Positions 62,519 to 64,000 of a stretch of DNA of 64,000 nucleotides are shown in pieces. Origin of the DNA: Thermosipho sp. (in: thermotogales) (lineage in GTDB: Bacteria > Thermotogota > Thermotogae > Thermotogales > Fervidobacteriaceae). The notes below the pieces were generated by a model that was not told the origin of the DNA, made no database searches, and saw only the letters and a list, made by a program, of their open reading frames with translations. The stretch covers positions 31,821-95,820 of the forward strand of contig JASKLO010000002.1 in the NCBI GenBank assembly GCA_030153605.1. The letters run 5' to 3'. Positions within the stretch are counted from its first letter, which is position 1. The number at the start of each line of letters is the position of its first letter. Both the position numbers and the translations under genes were made by a program.

Positions 62519-62575
62519 TAAAGCTGTGGGGGGTGTATCTCAAGGGGGATAGGGGGGTTTCTCTAAATTAATGTT
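62491..62575 (-). ncRNA. Candidate small RNA with three C-runs (C6, C5, C6) ending in its own terminator
   Basis: The minus strand reads ...AGAGAAACCCCCCTATCCCCCTTGAGATACACCCCCCACAGCTTTATGCGGGCCTGAAGGCCCGTGTTTTTTTT. A weak possible promoter TTGGTA-17-TTTTAT occupies plus coordinates 62609-62581. There is no coding potential. Confidence 0.35.
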
Positions 62576-62984
62576 AACAGATAAAATGTTACGATGTTAG
62601 TCCTACCAAAGTTTCTATTATGAACCATTTTTGTTAACATAACTTTACTCAAAATATTTGCTGAATTTCTCGAATTTTTATATTTTTCTTTCTATAGTAT
62701 TAGACATAAGTTTTAAAAAAAAGTTCTAAAAAATTAGTTGTTTTAAAATTTTGGAAATGGCTTTAATTCATTCTATTTTAAATGAGTTCAATTATGTTCC
62801 TTTCTATATTTCGTCCAAACTTTTTTAATTTCTTATATCTCCCTTCTTCTTTTTTCAATTTTAAAGCCAAACTTATCTATTTTATTTTTCCTATTTTTAC
62901 ATGTCAATATATTTATACAACACTAAGATTTAATTTATAATTATTTATATATATACAATATCTTAATTTTTTTAACATGGTATA

Positions 62985-62993
62985 TGTTAGAAT
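62985..62993 (+). promoter_or_regulatory. Extended -10 element (TGtTAGAAT) upstream of the glucosaminidase-like gene
   Basis: The sequence tgttagaat lies about 30 nt upstream of the SD gaggtgg. Confidence 0.35.
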
Positions 62994-63035
62994 AAAATTG
63001 AGAAAAAATAGTAACGTCAGTTAGAGGTGGTTTAT

Positions 63036-63830
63036 TTGAAAAAAATCTTTATTGGATTAATAATAGGGTTAGTACTAGTAGTGATATTTGATTTTTACAC
63101 AACTAAGAATTTATTTAGTTTAGATTTAAATATTACAAATATAGTTCCACAGGAAATTACTGTGGAATTTGATTCATGGAAGCAATTAAAAGATTATTTT
63201 GATGAAATTGGATACAATTCTTTGGAAAATGTTCCAAATATAATTGTTAAAAGATTTCCAAAAGATTTGAATGAAGCTCCTGTTAACATAAAAAAGGAGC
63301 TATTTGTTAAAGTAATGACTCCTATTGTTCGAAAAGTAAATAATGAAATCCTTAACGAGAGAAATGAAATACTAATGGCAATTAAGAATAATGATATTGA
63401 TGTTTTGAATTATTATATGAAAAAATATTATTCGGATAATATAGATGATTTATTATTAAAAGTTGATGTAATCCCAGAAGATCTAGCAATTGCACAGGCT
63501 GCAGTAGAATCTGCTTGGGGTTCTAGTAGATTTGCAATTGAAGCAAATAATATTTTTGGTGAATGGACTTTTGTGCCGGGAACTGGTATAGTTCCTAAAA
63601 ACAGACCAGCTGGTGCAACATATGAAATAGAAGTATTTGATAGCCTATTAGATTCAATGAGGAGTTACGCTTTGAACTTGAATAAATTACCATTTTATGA
63701 AGATTTCAGATTAATAAGAGCTGGCTTAAAAAAAGGCCACCCTGCTGATGGCCTTTTGAGTTATTCTGAGCTTGGAAATGAATATATTGAAATGGTAAAG
63801 GTTGTAATTAAACACCTTCCAAAATTATAA
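63036..63830 (+). CDS. Bax-like protein with a mannosyl-glycoprotein endo-beta-N-acetylglucosaminidase (FlgJ-type) domain, membrane anchored
   Basis: Has an N-terminal TM helix and the glucosaminidase motif AIAQAAVESAWGSSRFAIEANNIFGEW. TTG 63036 sits 5 nt after the SD gaggtgg; the track ORF starts at GTG 63027. Confidence 0.8.
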   Translation: MKKIFIGLIIGLVLVVIFDFYTTKNLFSLDLNITNIVPQEITVEFDSWKQLKDYFDEIGYNSLENVPNIIVKRFPKDLNEAPVNIKKELFVKVMTPIVRKVNNEILNERNEILMAIKNNDIDVLNYYMKKYYSDNIDDLLLKVDVIPEDLAIAQAAVESAWGSSRFAIEANNIFGEWTFVPGTGIVPKNRPAGATYEIEVFDSLLDSMRSYALNLNKLPFYEDFRLIRAGLKKGHPADGLLSYSELGNEYIEMVKVVIKHLPKL

Positions 63831-64000
63831 AACTATTATCTTTTCACGTTCTTTTATTTCCTTTAATGTATTTTTTGTATCAAAAATGAATGGCACATAT
63901 TTGATAACTTTCATATAATCTACTCCTATTGTATGTCCTGCCGTTATAATTGCTCCATCCATTTTTCTAAGTATCTCTTCATTTAAATCAATAGATTTAT
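63825..64000 (-). CDS. 3' end of an unidentified minus-strand gene (5' part outside the window)
   Basis: The minus-strand frame is open from the window edge: ...KSIDLNEEILRKMDGAIITAGHTIGVDYMKVIKYVPFIFDTKNTLKEIKEREKIIVL, with the stop at 63825-63827. It converges on and overlaps the glucosaminidase-like gene by 6 nt. The family was not recognised. Confidence 0.45.
   Translation of the reverse strand, partial: KSIDLNEEILRKMDGAIITAGHTIGVDYMKVIKYVPFIFDTKNTLKEIKEREKIIVL

Noticed and set aside
62528-62557. G-quadruplex on the plus strand (runs of G6, G5 and G6).
   Set aside because: There are only three G-runs, and forming a fourth requires splitting one run. The terminator orientation favours a functional minus-strand (C-rich) RNA instead.
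62492-63026. Possible replication origin, since mnmE/rsmG are often origin-proximal and the spacer is long and AT-rich.
   Set aside because: - I found no cluster of DnaA boxes. There is no TTATCCACA-type site.
- For the Thermotoga-type 12-mer AAACCTACCACC there is only one 8/12 and one 9/12 match, and the latter is the SD of the next gene.
- dnaN lies 62 kb away at the other end of the window, so oriC is more likely near dnaA/dnaN.
- A genome-wide GC-skew plot would settle it.
1-64000. CRISPR arrays, IS elements, integrases, prophage or toxin-antitoxin modules.
   Set aside because: No direct-repeat/spacer periodicity, transposase or integrase motifs, or small paired TA-like ORFs were seen on either strand. 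tRNA-Leu is flanked by housekeeping genes, not an island.

Overview
This is a visibly AT-rich, very tightly packed bacterial chromosomal segment. Many genes overlap by 1-50 nt, and Shine-Dalgarno sites are strong (GGAGGTG or G-run type). GC content was not computed.

The content is almost entirely core housekeeping:
- Replication and division: dnaN 3' end, ftsA-ftsZ followed by a PilB/GspE-type ATPase, mreB-(mreC-like)-murA, scpA-scpB.
- Central and nucleotide metabolism: ackA, fba, purA-guaA-purB behind an uncharacterised FAD enzyme, coaBC-panB, an ornithine/lysine decarboxylase.
- Translation and RNA: frr-uppS-cdsA, alaS, an EF-G paralogue, relA/spoT-dtd-queH, thrS, and tRNA-Leu followed by wecG/tagA-rsmG-mnmE.
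- Envelope: a CapD-like sugar dehydratase, a lipoprotein plus a fervidolysin-like S8 protease, and NfeD-SPFH.
- A six-gene xanthine-dehydrogenase-family operon.

Two RNA genes stand out as GC-rich islands: RNase P RNA (minus strand, 7600..7927) and tRNA-Leu(CAG). I saw no CRISPR array, transposase, integrase, prophage or recognisable defence island.

The RNase P RNA ends, the EF-G-2-like paralogue, the fervidolysin-like protease and the gene style suggest a Thermotogota-like thermophile. This is inference and is not verifiable here.

The items most worth follow-up are:
1. A candidate minus-strand small RNA with three unpaired C-runs and its own terminator, just downstream of mnmE.
2. An XDH-family operon with one Mo subunit but two FeS and two FAD subunits, headed by a translationally coupled ThrC-family PLP enzyme.
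3. A promoter/SD/22-codon sORF/terminator unit in front of the purine operon.
4. A perfect 10-nt anti-SD/SD long-range pairing in front of the decarboxylase gene.
5. Tandem MshEN-type c-di-GMP motifs in the ATPase whose start overlaps ftsZ.

My own base counting disagreed with the ORF track by 1 nt near 59.6 kb. Hand-derived coordinates should therefore be read as +/-2 nt.
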